From the NCBI GenBank assembly GCA_965208885.1, contig CBDBPS010000001.1, positions 297,445 through 361,444 on the forward strand: a DNA stretch of 64,000 nucleotides, read 5' to 3'. The translations under genes and the position numbers were made by a program. The notes under the pieces are model-generated. The model was not told the origin of the DNA and did not search any database. It saw only the letters and a program-made list of their open reading frames with translations. Shown here piece after piece: positions 33,016 to 42,850 of the stretch. This stretch comes from Dehalococcoidia bacterium. GTDB lineage: Bacteria; Chloroflexota; Dehalococcoidia; UBA2979. The first letter of the stretch is position 1. Each line of letters opens with the position of its first letter.

Positions 33016-33030
33016 CGCCTTGCCCCTCCC

Positions 33031-33396
33031 CTAGCCCGCCAGAGCGGGCTCCACGACGCGGTTGTGCTCATCGACGAGCACGACGCGTGGCTGGTGCTCG
33101 TGTACCTGCTCCTCGGGCACTCCGACGTACGACATGATGATGATCAGGTCGCCGGGATGCACGAGATGCGCCGCCGCTCCGTTGATCTGGATCTCCCCCG
33201 AACCGCGCGGCGCCTCGATCACGTAGGTCTCCAGGCGCGCCCCATTGGTGACATCGACGACGTGCACCTGCTCGTGCTCGACGATGTCCACGGCGTCCAT
33301 GAGGTCGCGGTCGATGCTGATCGACCCCTCGTAATGGAGGTCGGCCTCGGTCACCGTGGCGCGGTGGATCTTCGCATTGAGGAGATTGCGAATCAT
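33031..33396 (-). CDS. panD: Aspartate 1-decarboxylase
   Basis: [29 protein letters not shown], with the self-cleavage Gly-Ser site. Confidence 0.9.
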   Translation of the reverse strand: MIRNLLNAKIHRATVTEADLHYEGSISIDRDLMDAVDIVEHEQVHVVDVTNGARLETYVIEAPRGSGEIQINGAAAHLVHPGDLIIIMSYVGVPEEQVHEHQPRVVLVDEHNRVVEPALAG

Positions 33397-33644
33397 CGGG
33401 CAACCCCTGTGCTCGCAAGCCCGGAGGTGGCCGCATCGAGGCGCTGAGCGCGCCTGCTGCTGCGGGCGGCAGCGGGGAGATGGTGCATCACTGCTCCGTT
33501 CGAGTGCTACTCGAATCGAACGCTATCGCTAGCCGGATGCCGCACCGATCGCCTCGTGAGCGTGGCCGGTGCGATTGGCGGACAGTATATGCACGGATGC
33601 AAGCCTTGAGGCGGTCAGTCGGAAAGACACCGGAAAGTCGTGCG

Positions 33645-34679
33645 TTATGAAGCGCTCTGCGCCTGCCACTCGCCCGCCGACGGCACTCCGGCGAGACCCG
33701 TCGCGCGGCGCACGCCGCGTAGCACGGCACGCTCCACGGCCCTCGTGGCCATCGCCTCGAGGGCACTGTAGGCGTAGGCATCGACCTCCACCTCGCCGGT
33801 CGCGAGGGTGAAGATCGCGTCGCCGTCTCCGCGGCAGTGCGCGGGCCAGATGGTGCGCGCGAAACCGTCCTGGCACACCGTGGCCAGCCGGTTCGCCTGC
33901 TCCCGCGAGAGCTTCGCGTTGGTCGCGACGACGGCGAGCGTGGTATTCGTCGGGGTCTCGGGGCCTGGCTCGGCTCCCTCGCCCTCCCCGTCCTCGTCCT
34001 CGACGAGTTCCGGCCAGGCTCGGCCGGTGCGGAGATGGGCGTCGATGTCAACGAAGCCCCCGTCGTCGGCGCGCGGGGCCGCCACCACCTCGCCCGTACG
34101 CGGGTCGCGGATCGCGCCGACGGCGTTCACCGCCGCGACGGCGCCCACCACCACGCCTACGTCGAGGTGCTCGCTCGCCGTGCCGAGGCCGCCCTTGAGC
34201 AGGCGATCGGGGCCCGCCATCTTCGCCACGGTCGCGCCGGTCCCGGCGCCGACGGAGCCCTCCTCGACGCGTCCCCGGGTCGCGCGGCTGGCGGCGCGGT
34301 AGCCCGCGTCGGCGTCCGGGGCGCGCTTCGTGCCGACGCCGAGGTCGAAGAGGATCGCGCCCGGGACGATCGGGATGACGTTGCCGCCGAAGGCCAGCCC
34401 GTGACCCTCCTCGACGAGGTAGCGCATCACCCCGTCGGCGGCCGCGAGCCCGAAGGCCGAGCCACCGGACAGCAGCACCCCGTGCACCTGGTCGACGAGG
34501 TTCCCGGGGCGCAGCAGGTCCGTCTCACGCGTGCCGGGTGCGGCCCCACGCACGTCGACGCCTCCGACGGCGCCCGCCGGGGAGAGCACGACCGTGCAGC
34601 CGGTCGCGCCTCGTCGGTACGTCCAGTGGCCGACACGGATGCCGGGTACGTCGGTGATGGCGTCGCGGAGTGTGGCCAC
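33645..34679 (-). CDS. P1 family peptidase (DmpA/S58 aminopeptidase-like)
   Basis: GIRVGHWT N-terminal motif and an autoprocessing-site region consistent with the S58/DmpA family. Confidence 0.7.
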   Translation of the reverse strand: MATLRDAITDVPGIRVGHWTYRRGATGCTVVLSPAGAVGGVDVRGAAPGTRETDLLRPGNLVDQVHGVLLSGGSAFGLAAADGVMRYLVEEGHGLAFGGNVIPIVPGAILFDLGVGTKRAPDADAGYRAASRATRGRVEEGSVGAGTGATVAKMAGPDRLLKGGLGTASEHLDVGVVVGAVAAVNAVGAIRDPRTGEVVAAPRADDGGFVDIDAHLRTGRAWPELVEDEDGEGEGAEPGPETPTNTTLAVVATNAKLSREQANRLATVCQDGFARTIWPAHCRGDGDAIFTLATGEVEVDAYAYSALEAMATRAVERAVLRGVRRATGLAGVPSAGEWQAQSAS

Positions 34680-34708
34680 GGGCTGCCGCGTGTCGCGCGC
34701 GGTCCGCG

Positions 34709-35617
34709 TCAGACCGCTTGCGCGGTCGGTACGCGCGCGGGGATCGCGTCGTTGATAGACTGCAGGGCACGCTGCATGTAGTCGGGCGGGTTGGCGCGAT
34801 ACGCTCCGCAGTGCCCGCCCTCGTAGTGCGTCCAGATCTCGTCCGCCTCGTTCAGCGAGGCTGCGGCGAGGTTCAGCGTGTGCTCGATCGGCACGTCGCG
34901 GTTGTCCTCGCAGTGGACGAAGAGCACCTGCGTCCCGTTGAGCCGTTGCATGCAGCGCACGGGTGCGACGGCGTCTACGTCCGCACCGTACCGCCAGCGC
35001 GCAACGAGCGACGCGAGGGCGAACAGGTGCGCCGGGGCGCGACGGTGCCTCGCTCGCACGTAGGCGCGCATCGACGCGACTGGTGAGTCGGCGATGACCG
35101 CTCCGACCCCCTCCTCGTGCGCCGCTGCCTCGAGTGCGAGTGAAGCGCCGGTACCGAACCCGTGCAGTACGACCGGCGCGCCGCTGCGGTGTCGCGCGAA
35201 CTTCACCGCTCCCAGCACATCGGCGAGCTCGCCCGCGCCCAGCTGGTCTCGCAGCCCGCTCGATTCGCCGCGCCCGCGCAGGTCGAAGCTCAGCACGTTG
35301 AGGCCGGCGCGCGAGTAGTCACGCTGCAGCTCGATGAGCCCGACGGCCGGATCGGACCGCATCCCGCCGTTATCGTGCACGATCACGACCGATGCCCGCG
35401 CTCCGGGGGACTCCAGGTACCACCCGTAGAGCGCCACTCCATCCGCGGCGGCGAACACGACGTCCTCGTACTCGAGGTGCACGTCGGCCGGGCTGCCGGT
35501 CACGCGCACGCGCTTCGGCCGCGTCATCTGACGTGCAAGCAGGTACGCGCCGATGGCATGCGCGACCAGCGCCGCAACGACGGCGATCACCACCAGGCCG
35601 AGGACGACCGTGGTCAT
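34709..35617 (-). CDS. Alpha/beta hydrolase with N-terminal TM anchor
   Basis: N-terminal TM helix, HGFGTGAS nucleophile-elbow-like motif and C-terminal His. Start at MTTVVLGL. Confidence 0.65.
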   Translation of the reverse strand: MTTVVLGLVVIAVVAALVAHAIGAYLLARQMTRPKRVRVTGSPADVHLEYEDVVFAAADGVALYGWYLESPGARASVVIVHDNGGMRSDPAVGLIELQRDYSRAGLNVLSFDLRGRGESSGLRDQLGAGELADVLGAVKFARHRSGAPVVLHGFGTGASLALEAAAHEEGVGAVIADSPVASMRAYVRARHRRAPAHLFALASLVARWRYGADVDAVAPVRCMQRLNGTQVLFVHCEDNRDVPIEHTLNLAAASLNEADEIWTHYEGGHCGAYRANPPDYMQRALQSINDAIPARVPTAQAV

Positions 35618-35823
35618 AAGCACCCCACCGTGTCGGCCAACGCCGACACGCCTCTGCGGCAAGGTACCAGCGAGCACGTCGAGCCGCCAATCGCAGCCTA
35701 CACGATATGTAAAGCACTCTCGTTACGTCGTGAACTGGCGACAGGAGGGCTCGCACTGCCGGATCCGTGCTGTTCTGTCTTGTAACTGGCCGATTGGAGC
35801 GCCGTATCAGCATCTTACGTCTA

Positions 35824-36654
35824 CTACGGGCGCTGACAGCTCCCGCAATAGTGGGTCGCTCGACCGCCGATGCGCGTGCGCGTGATCCGCCGGCCACGGC
35901 AACGCGGCCGCTCGCACGGCTCACCGTCGCGGCGGAACACGTGGACGCGCAGGTGGTGCCCCCCGCTCTTCCCGAACGCGTCCCGGTACCGGTCGAACGA
36001 GCTGCCGCGATCGTCGAGACCGTCGAGGAGCGCCTCCTGCACTGTGCCGTGCAGCCGCCGCACGCGTCTCGGTCCGATGCTGTTCGCGGCCGTGCGTGGG
36101 TCGATGCCCGCCAGCCACAGCGCCTCGTCGGCGTAGATATTGCCCACGCCGGCCGCGACACGCTGGTCGAGCAGCGCCGTCTTCACCGGCACGCTGCGGC
36201 GCTCCAGCGCGCCGCGCAGCCAGGCAACCGTGAAGTCCTCGGAGAGCGCGTCCGGCCCGGCCCGCGGGAACGCCTCGCGCGGGTCGTCCACGAGGTGCCA
36301 CGTGCCGAACTTGCGGGAGTCCTCGAACCGCAGCCCCGTGCCGTCGTCGAAGTCGATGCGTGCCCGCTCGAACCGCCCCGACGCCGCGAGGTGCGGGCGC
36401 ACCAGCAGCAAGCCGGTCATACGCAGGTGCACCACCCACGTGCGCTCATCGTCGAGGTGCACGAGCAGGTACTTGCCGTGCCGCCCGAGGCCCTCGATGC
36501 GCAGGCCGCGCAGCTGCTCCTCGAGTTGGCGTGGCGAGTGCGTGATCGCGACGCGCTCGGCGCCCGCATGGATCCGCACGTCCTCGATGCGCCTGCCAAT
36601 GACGACCGGCTCGAGGTCACGGCGGATGGTCTCGACTTCGGGAAGCTCAGGCAT
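35824..36654 (-). CDS. mutM: Formamidopyrimidine-DNA glycosylase
   Basis: MPELPEVE N-terminus (catalytic Pro2 and Glu3) and a C-terminal zinc finger CxxC...CxxC. Confidence 0.85.
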   Translation of the reverse strand: MPELPEVETIRRDLEPVVIGRRIEDVRIHAGAERVAITHSPRQLEEQLRGLRIEGLGRHGKYLLVHLDDERTWVVHLRMTGLLLVRPHLAASGRFERARIDFDDGTGLRFEDSRKFGTWHLVDDPREAFPRAGPDALSEDFTVAWLRGALERRSVPVKTALLDQRVAAGVGNIYADEALWLAGIDPRTAANSIGPRRVRRLHGTVQEALLDGLDDRGSSFDRYRDAFGKSGGHHLRVHVFRRDGEPCERPRCRGRRITRTRIGGRATHYCGSCQRP

Positions 36655-36682
36655 CGCGCTCAGGCCCGCACGATCGGCGGGC

Positions 36683-39529
36683 TCACTCCATCTCGCCCCA
36701 CGAGCGGCCCGACTTCTCGTCGAGGTCGAGCGGCACGGCGAGCTCGATCGAGGGCATGAGTCGCGTCGCCATCTCGCGGATGGGATCCAGCTCGGCGCGA
36801 GGCAGCTCGAAGAGCAACTCGTCGTGGACCTGCAGCACCATGTGCGCGAGGCCGCCGCGCTTGCGGTGCTCGATCAGCTCGGCGTCGATGCCGTTCATCG
36901 CGATCTTGATGATGTCGGCGGCGGTGCCCTGGATCGGCATGTTGATCGCGATCCGCTCCGCGGCCATGCGCCGGTTGCGGTTGCGCGAGCGCAGCTCCGG
37001 GATGTAACGACGACGCCCGGTGAGCGTCTCGGCGTAGCCGCGGTCGCGCGCCTCGGTGACCACGTCGTCGCGCCACTGGGCGACGGATGGGTAGGCCTCG
37101 AAGTACGCGCGGATGAACTCCTCGGCCTCGTCGCGCGGGATGCCCTCGCGCTGCGAGAGCCCGAAGGCCGTCAGGCCGTAGAGCACCCCGAAGTTGAACA
37201 CCTTCGCGCGGCGCCGCATCTCGGCGTCGACGTCACCTTCACCCACGCCGAACACCCGCGAGGCCGTCGCACGGTGGATGTCCTCGCCGTTGCGGAACGC
37301 CGTGCGCAGATCCTCGTCGCCCGAGACGTGCGCGAGGATGCGCAGCTCGATCTGCGAGTAGTCGAACGACAGCAACAGCGGGTCGTCGCCGCAGTCGCGA
37401 GCGACAAACGCGCTGCGCACTGCGTTACCGACCTCGGTGCGTACGGGGATGTTCTGCAGGTTCGGGTCGTTCGAGGAGAGCCGGCCCGTGGCCGCGACAG
37501 TCTGTGAGAACACGGTGTGCACGCGCCCCGTGTGCGGGTTCACCTGCAACGGCAGCGTGTCGACGTACGTCGACTTGATCTTGGTCAGTTCGCGCCACTT
37601 CAGCACCGCCGCGACCGCATCGTGCGAGCCGCGCAGCGGTTCGAGGGCGTTAGCATCGGTCGTCCAGCCGGTCGCGGTCTTGCGCGTCTTCGGCAGCTCG
37701 AGCTCCTCGAACAGGATGTGCGAGAGCTGCTGCGGAGATCCGATCTGGAACTCGTGGCCCACGGCTTCGTAGACCTCGCCCTCGGCCGTGGCGACCTCCT
37801 CGGCCAGCTCGGCGCCGAGGATGCCAAGCGCCTCGCGGTCGACGGCGAGGCCGCGCTGCTCCATGCGCGCGAGCACGGGAATGTGCGGGATGTCGATCTC
37901 GGTGAACACGCGGTCGAGCTCGGTCGCCTCCAGTTCCGGGGTCAGGTCGTCGGCGAGGCGCAGCGCGGCGTCGGCGTTGCCGGCGGCGTAGTCGCGGGCG
38001 TCCCCGGGTTCGGTGCGCGAGAACGGGATGGCCTTGCGGCCGGTGCCGAGCAGCGTCTTCTCCTCGACCAGCTCGTGCCCGAGCCGCTCGAAGGCGAGCC
38101 CGCGCACCTCGACGCTGCGCTCACCGAGCACGTAGCCGGCGATCGAGGTGTCGAAGTCGATGCCGGCCGTCCAGAAGCCGCCCGGCGCAGAGCCCAGCGC
38201 GAGCATGTGGTTCTTGCCCTGGTGCGCGACCCGCTCGATGCCCGGGTGCGTGAACAGCGGAGCGAGGGCCGCGAGCGCGGCGTCGCGCGGGAGCTGGTCC
38301 AGCGCTGGCAGCGGCTCACTGCCGTTGGTGGCGTCGAGGTTGAACTCCTGCTGGCCCTCGCTCGGCGGTGGCGGCTCCAGGGTATGCCCGAACGGCACGT
38401 ACCAGCCCTTCCCCGTCTCGGTGCTCAGCGCGATGCCCACGAGCCCGAACGCGGCGCGCATCGGGTGCTCGTCGTCGGCGACGACATCGAAGCCGAAGCG
38501 CCCGGCGCTACGCACCTCCTCGACCACCTCGGCGAGGCGGTCCAGCGTCGTGACGAGCTCGTAGTCGCCGCCGCGCGTGATCGCGCCCTCGGCCTGCTCG
38601 GCGCCGTCCGGCGCGTCGGCCATGTCGGCGTGCTGCGGGAGGCGGCTGACGAGCGAGCGGAACTCGAGCTCCTGGAACAGCTTCAGCACTGCCGCGCGGT
38701 CGTAGTCGTGCACCTGCGATGCGCCGAGGTCGAGTGTGACGCCCGGCGCCTCGGTCACGATGGTGGCCATGTGCTTGTAGTGGCGCGCCTCGTCCTGCTG
38801 GGCGGTGAGCGCCTTCTGCGCGCGCGGCGGCTTGAGCTCGTCGAGGTGCTCGATCATTTCCTCGATCGTGCCCCACTGCTCGATCAGCGCCTTCGCGCCC
38901 TTCTCGCCGATGCCCTTCACGCCCGCGATGTTGTCCGTCGCGTCGCCGACCAGCGCCTTGTAGTCCGTGATCTGCGTGGGCGCGAAGCCCCAGCGCTCGC
39001 GCACGCGCTCCTCGTCGTAGAGCACGTAGTCGCGCTGGTAGGGGCGGTACATCAGCACCTTCACGCCTGGCTGCACCAACTGGACCATGTCGTTGTCGAG
39101 TGTGACGAGGACCGTCTCGATGCCCGCGGCAACCGCCTGCTTGGCCAGCGTGCCGAGCACGTCGTCGGCCTCGTAGCCGGGCGCCTCGACGACCGGGATG
39201 CGGAACGCGTCCAGCACGTCACGGACGCGGCTCACCTGTGGCTTGAGGTCGTCTGGCATCGGCTGGCGGGTCGCCTTGTAGTCGGCGTCGGCCTCGTGGC
39301 GGAAGGTCGGCCCGGGGCCGTCCCACGCGGCGATGATGTGCGTCGGGTGCAACTCGTCCAGCACGTAGAGCAGGGAGTTGGCGTAGCCGTAGACGGCCCA
39401 CACCGGCTCACCGGTGCGCCGCACCGTGCTCGCGAAGCTGTCACGCAGCGCGAAGTACGACCGGTAGATGATCCCGTGCGAGTCGAGGATGACTAGCAGG
39501 TTGGGGCGGCCGGAGACATCGAGAGGCAC
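36683..39529 (-). CDS. polA: DNA polymerase I
   Basis: 5-prime nuclease LLVILDSHGIIYRSYFAL, a 3-5 exonuclease-like middle domain and polymerase motifs (RRRAKVFNFGVLYG, HDELLFE). Start taken at the GTG at 39527-39529, because the upstream small CDS ends at 39550. The ORF continues to 39646 as Arg-rich low-complexity sequence. Confidence 0.85.
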   Translation of the reverse strand: MPLDVSGRPNLLVILDSHGIIYRSYFALRDSFASTVRRTGEPVWAVYGYANSLLYVLDELHPTHIIAAWDGPGPTFRHEADADYKATRQPMPDDLKPQVSRVRDVLDAFRIPVVEAPGYEADDVLGTLAKQAVAAGIETVLVTLDNDMVQLVQPGVKVLMYRPYQRDYVLYDEERVRERWGFAPTQITDYKALVGDATDNIAGVKGIGEKGAKALIEQWGTIEEMIEHLDELKPPRAQKALTAQQDEARHYKHMATIVTEAPGVTLDLGASQVHDYDRAAVLKLFQELEFRSLVSRLPQHADMADAPDGAEQAEGAITRGGDYELVTTLDRLAEVVEEVRSAGRFGFDVVADDEHPMRAAFGLVGIALSTETGKGWYVPFGHTLEPPPPSEGQQEFNLDATNGSEPLPALDQLPRDAALAALAPLFTHPGIERVAHQGKNHMLALGSAPGGFWTAGIDFDTSIAGYVLGERSVEVRGLAFERLGHELVEEKTLLGTGRKAIPFSRTEPGDARDYAAGNADAALRLADDLTPELEATELDRVFTEIDIPHIPVLARMEQRGLAVDREALGILGAELAEEVATAEGEVYEAVGHEFQIGSPQQLSHILFEELELPKTRKTATGWTTDANALEPLRGSHDAVAAVLKWRELTKIKSTYVDTLPLQVNPHTGRVHTVFSQTVAATGRLSSNDPNLQNIPVRTEVGNAVRSAFVARDCGDDPLLLSFDYSQIELRILAHVSGDEDLRTAFRNGEDIHRATASRVFGVGEGDVDAEMRRRAKVFNFGVLYGLTAFGLSQREGIPRDEAEEFIRAYFEAYPSVAQWRDDVVTEARDRGYAETLTGRRRYIPELRSRNRNRRMAAERIAINMPIQGTAADIIKIAMNGIDAELIEHRKRGGLAHMVLQVHDELLFELPRAELDPIREMATRLMPSIELAVPLDLDEKSGRSWGEME

Positions 39530-39549
39530 GACCGCAGTATAGCGCCGGT

Positions 39550-39843
39550 TCAGACCTCGGCGGGCGTGCGTTCGGCCTGTTCGAGGGCCTCTCGCACGTC
39601 GGCGAGCAGGCCGGGCGGGATGCCGTCTGCGTTGCAGCGCGGGCACGTCGGTGTCTCAGGCGCGCCCATGTCGAAGAGCCGCACGCGGCGCGGCCGGTCC
39701 GAGATCAGGATCCCGCACACGGTGTCGACGCGACCCGTGAGGAAGAGGCGGGGCTCCAGTTCCTCGGCGCCGCGCAGCATCACCCAGTGCCAGTCGTCGG
39801 CGAGATCGTCCATCGCCTTGCCCACAAAGCGCACATCCGCCAT
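39550..39843 (-). CDS. Hypothetical small protein immediately upstream of polA
   Basis: 97 aa, ends 20 nt before the polA GTG. CPRC plus a distal Cys hint at a zinc-binding element. No family assigned. Confidence 0.4.
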   Translation of the reverse strand: MADVRFVGKAMDDLADDWHWVMLRGAEELEPRLFLTGRVDTVCGILISDRPRRVRLFDMGAPETPTCPRCNADGIPPGLLADVREALEQAERTPAEV

Positions 39844-39862
39844 CGCGCCGCCCGATCTTCGC

Positions 39863-39885
39863 GCGAGCCGCCCGAGGCGGCTCGC
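39863..39885. promoter_or_regulatory. Perfect 10-bp inverted repeat (gcgagccgcc-cga-ggcggctcgc) in a divergent intergenic region
   Basis: Lies between the small ORF / polA operon (minus strand) and the MFS transporter (plus strand). Candidate operator. Confidence 0.3.
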
Positions 39886-40016
39886 CGCGCATTCTATGGC
39901 GTCGACGCCGCACGGGATGCCGAGGGCTCCCGTGCCGCCATCATCACCTACACTGGCCCCGTGCCCCGACCACCTACATCGAGCGACCCGGGCCGCGGCG
40001 TGAGCGGTAACCCCTC

Positions 40017-41378
40017 GTGACCACCTCGCCCATCCAGGTCGCGGAGTACACGCACGCCGGGATCGCCGAAGCCGTCCGCCCGGAACCCGCTGCGCCGGTG
40101 GCGCCCGGCGCGACTCGCACTGAGAACGGCGCGGGCGGCGGACCCGAGGGCGGACGCCCCGGACGGTTCCAGCTGCGTACCTTCGAGTCGCTGAATGACC
40201 GTGACTTCAGGTGGTTCTACCTCGCCCTGCTCGGGCAGATGGCCGCAATGAACATGCAGATGCTCGCGCGCGGCTACCTCGCGTTCGAACTCACCGGCAG
40301 CTTCGCGGCCCTCGGCCTCATCGGGCTCGCGAACGCCATTCCCATGCTCGCGCTCTCGCTCTACGGCGGCGTCATCGCCGACCGGCTCCCGAAGAAGAGC
40401 GTGCTACAGGTCGGCCAGGCGGTCAGTGCGCTGATCGCGCTCTTCGTCGCGATCCTCCTCGTCGCCGACTTGCTCACGTTCGCGGCCTTGCTCGCTTCGG
40501 GGGCGGTGCAGGGCGTCGTGATGGCGCTCATGATGCCGTCGAGGCAGTCGATCCTGCCCGAGGTGGTCGGCATGGACCGGCTCATGAACGCGGTCTCGCT
40601 GCAGGCCGCCGGCATGAACCTCATGCGGCTCTCGGGCCCTGCCGCCGGGGGCTTCCTGATCGCGTGGGTTGGCGCGGAGTCCCTGTACTTCATCATGACC
40701 GCGATGTACCTCGTCGCCGTCGCGGCGCTGATGCCCGTGCGACTGCGTCACGAGGGTGGCGCACGCCCCGGACGTCAGCGAGGGGGCGACGGGGGGCTCA
40801 TCGACGGCCTGCGCTACATCCGCAACGACTCCACGATCTTCATCCTGCTCGTGATGACCTTCGTGATCTCGATCCTCGCGATGCCGTACCTGCTCATGCT
40901 GCCCGGCTTCGTCGACGAGATCTTCGGCGGCGGCCCGGAGGAGCTGGGCATCCTCATCGCGGTGGGCGGGGTCGGTTCGCTCATCGGCGCGCTCACGCTC
41001 GCCTCGCTGCCGCCGAAGCGCCGAGGGCTCATGCTGGTAGGCAGCGGGCTGCTCATGGGCGTCGCGCTGATGGGCTTCTCGTCCTCGCCCACGATCTGGA
41101 TCGGCGGGGTGTTCATGTTCTTCGTCGGCGTCGGCAGCGCGGGGCGCCAGGCGCTCGGCAACGTGCTCCTGCAGTCCTACACCGAGAACGCCTACCGAGG
41201 GCGCGTGATGTCGATCTACATGACGCAGATCAGCCTCATGTCGCTCGGCGCGTTCTTCATCGGCATCATCGCCGAGGCCGTCGGGGCGGAGTGGGCGCTC
41301 GGCGGGATGGCGGCACTGCTGGTCGTAATGAGCGTCGGCTTCTTCGCCTTCTCGCCGCTGCTGCGCCGCCTCGACTGA
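40017..41378 (+). CDS. MFS transporter
   Basis: 12-TM organisation and the GGVIADRLPKKSVL (MFS motif A-like) region. GTG start at 40017. Confidence 0.8.
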   Translation: MTTSPIQVAEYTHAGIAEAVRPEPAAPVAPGATRTENGAGGGPEGGRPGRFQLRTFESLNDRDFRWFYLALLGQMAAMNMQMLARGYLAFELTGSFAALGLIGLANAIPMLALSLYGGVIADRLPKKSVLQVGQAVSALIALFVAILLVADLLTFAALLASGAVQGVVMALMMPSRQSILPEVVGMDRLMNAVSLQAAGMNLMRLSGPAAGGFLIAWVGAESLYFIMTAMYLVAVAALMPVRLRHEGGARPGRQRGGDGGLIDGLRYIRNDSTIFILLVMTFVISILAMPYLLMLPGFVDEIFGGGPEELGILIAVGGVGSLIGALTLASLPPKRRGLMLVGSGLLMGVALMGFSSSPTIWIGGVFMFFVGVGSAGRQALGNVLLQSYTENAYRGRVMSIYMTQISLMSLGAFFIGIIAEAVGAEWALGGMAALLVVMSVGFFAFSPLLRRLD

Positions 41379-41400
41379 GCCGCGAGGTCGCCCCTCGCTG

Positions 41401-42141
41401 CTACTGCGCCGTGTACCCGCCGTCGACGGGCAGCGCGACGCCGGTGATGAACGAGGCGTCCTCGCTCACCAGAAACAGGATCGCGTTCGCGATCTCCTCG
41501 GGCTGACCGAGCCGCCCGATGGGATGGCGCGCCGTCGTCGACTCGAGGCGGTTCGGGTCGTCCCACAGCGGCGCCGTGAGCGGCGTCTCGACGAAGCCGG
41601 GGTTCACGCAGTTCACGCGCACCCCTCGGCTCGCGTAGTTCAGTGCGTACGCTCGGGTCAGGCCGACCACGCCATGCTTCGACGCCGTGTACCCGATCCC
41701 GTCGTCGCTCGCGCCGGGAATGCCGATCAGCCCGAGGATCGACGAGAGGCTGACGATGGAGCCGCCCCCGAACGCCTCGATCAGCGGCGCGCCGTGCTTG
41801 AGGCCGTAGTAGACGCCGTTGAGGTTGACCTCGATGAGGTCGTCCCACGTGTGGTCGCGGCCGCCGATGCCGGCGTTGTTGACGAGGATGTGCAGCGCGC
41901 CGAGCTGGGTGGCGGTGGCCTCCAGCGCGTCGCGCACGTCGTCCTCGTCACGGACGTTGAGCGAGCGCGCGACGGCCTGCCCATCCGCTGCGTCGATGGC
42001 CTCGACGGTCTCACGGGCGCCATCGCGGTTGAGGTCGGCGCACATCACTGCGGCGCCCTCGCGCGCGAGTGCCAAGGCGGTCGCGCGGCCGATGCCCGAG
42101 CCCGCGCCGGTTACCAGCGCCACCTTGCCTTCGAGTCGCAT
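41401..42141 (-). CDS. SDR family oxidoreductase
   Basis: TGAGSGIGRA, NNAGIGG and YTASKHG motifs. Start at MRLEGKVALVTGAG (ATG 42139-42141). Confidence 0.8.
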   Translation of the reverse strand: MRLEGKVALVTGAGSGIGRATALALAREGAAVMCADLNRDGARETVEAIDAADGQAVARSLNVRDEDDVRDALEATATQLGALHILVNNAGIGGRDHTWDDLIEVNLNGVYYGLKHGAPLIEAFGGGSIVSLSSILGLIGIPGASDDGIGYTASKHGVVGLTRAYALNYASRGVRVNCVNPGFVETPLTAPLWDDPNRLESTTARHPIGRLGQPEEIANAILFLVSEDASFITGVALPVDGGYTAQ

Positions 42142-42193
42142 CGCCGCCACCTTTCGCACATCGAGGGTTGCTGGGTGAGGATAGCCTGACGAC

Positions 42194-42850
42194 ATGAGCC
42201 CGAGCACGAAGCCAGACACCCCGCCCCTCGAGCTACTGCGCGACGGGCCGCCCGATGCCTCTCACGCGCTGGTGCTCGCGCACGGCGCGGGCCTGGCGAT
42301 GGATGCGCCGTTCATGACCGGCATGGCGGAGCGCGTCGCCGCCACGGGTATCGAGGTCGTACGCTTCGACTTCCCGTACATGCGCGTGCAGCGCGCGACC
42401 GGCCGCAAACGAGCGCCCAACGCCCCTCGCATCCTGCTCGAGACGTGGTGGGAGGTGATCGCAACGCTCGGCGACCCCTCGCGACTGGTCATCGGCGGCA
42501 AGTCGATGGGCGGGCGGGTGGCCAGCGCCGTCGCGGACGACGCGAGCGTGGCAGGGCTCGTCGTGCTCGGCTACCCGTTCGAGCCGCCGAGGAGCTCGTC
42601 GGGGCCGCGCACCGGACACCTCGCCGAGCTACGCACGCCGATGCTGATCTGCCAGGGCGAGCGCGACCGCTTCGGAGGCCGCGAGGAGGTCGCCGGGTAC
42701 GACCTCGCGCCGACCGTGGAGTTCCACTGGGTTCCCGACGGCGACCACTCGTTCGTGCCGCGCAAGCGCTCCGGCCACACGCTCGATGAGAACCTTGACG
42801 GTGCAGCGGAGGCCGTCGTGCGGTTCATCGAGGGCCTGCGGTCAGGCTGA
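42194..42850 (+). CDS. Alpha/beta-fold hydrolase family protein (dienelactone hydrolase-like)
   Basis: GKSMGGRV nucleophile elbow, and Asp and His (PDGDHSF) in the expected order. Confidence 0.6.
   Translation: MSPSTKPDTPPLELLRDGPPDASHALVLAHGAGLAMDAPFMTGMAERVAATGIEVVRFDFPYMRVQRATGRKRAPNAPRILLETWWEVIATLGDPSRLVIGGKSMGGRVASAVADDASVAGLVVLGYPFEPPRSSSGPRTGHLAELRTPMLICQGERDRFGGREEVAGYDLAPTVEFHWVPDGDHSFVPRKRSGHTLDENLDGAAEAVVRFIEGLRSG

Noticed and set aside
31975-39496. Several long ORFs (490, 314, 330, 455 and 659 aa) on the strand opposite panBCD, the peptidase, mutM and polA
   Set aside because: All overlap genes with strong homology signatures and themselves show only GC-biased low-complexity sequence.
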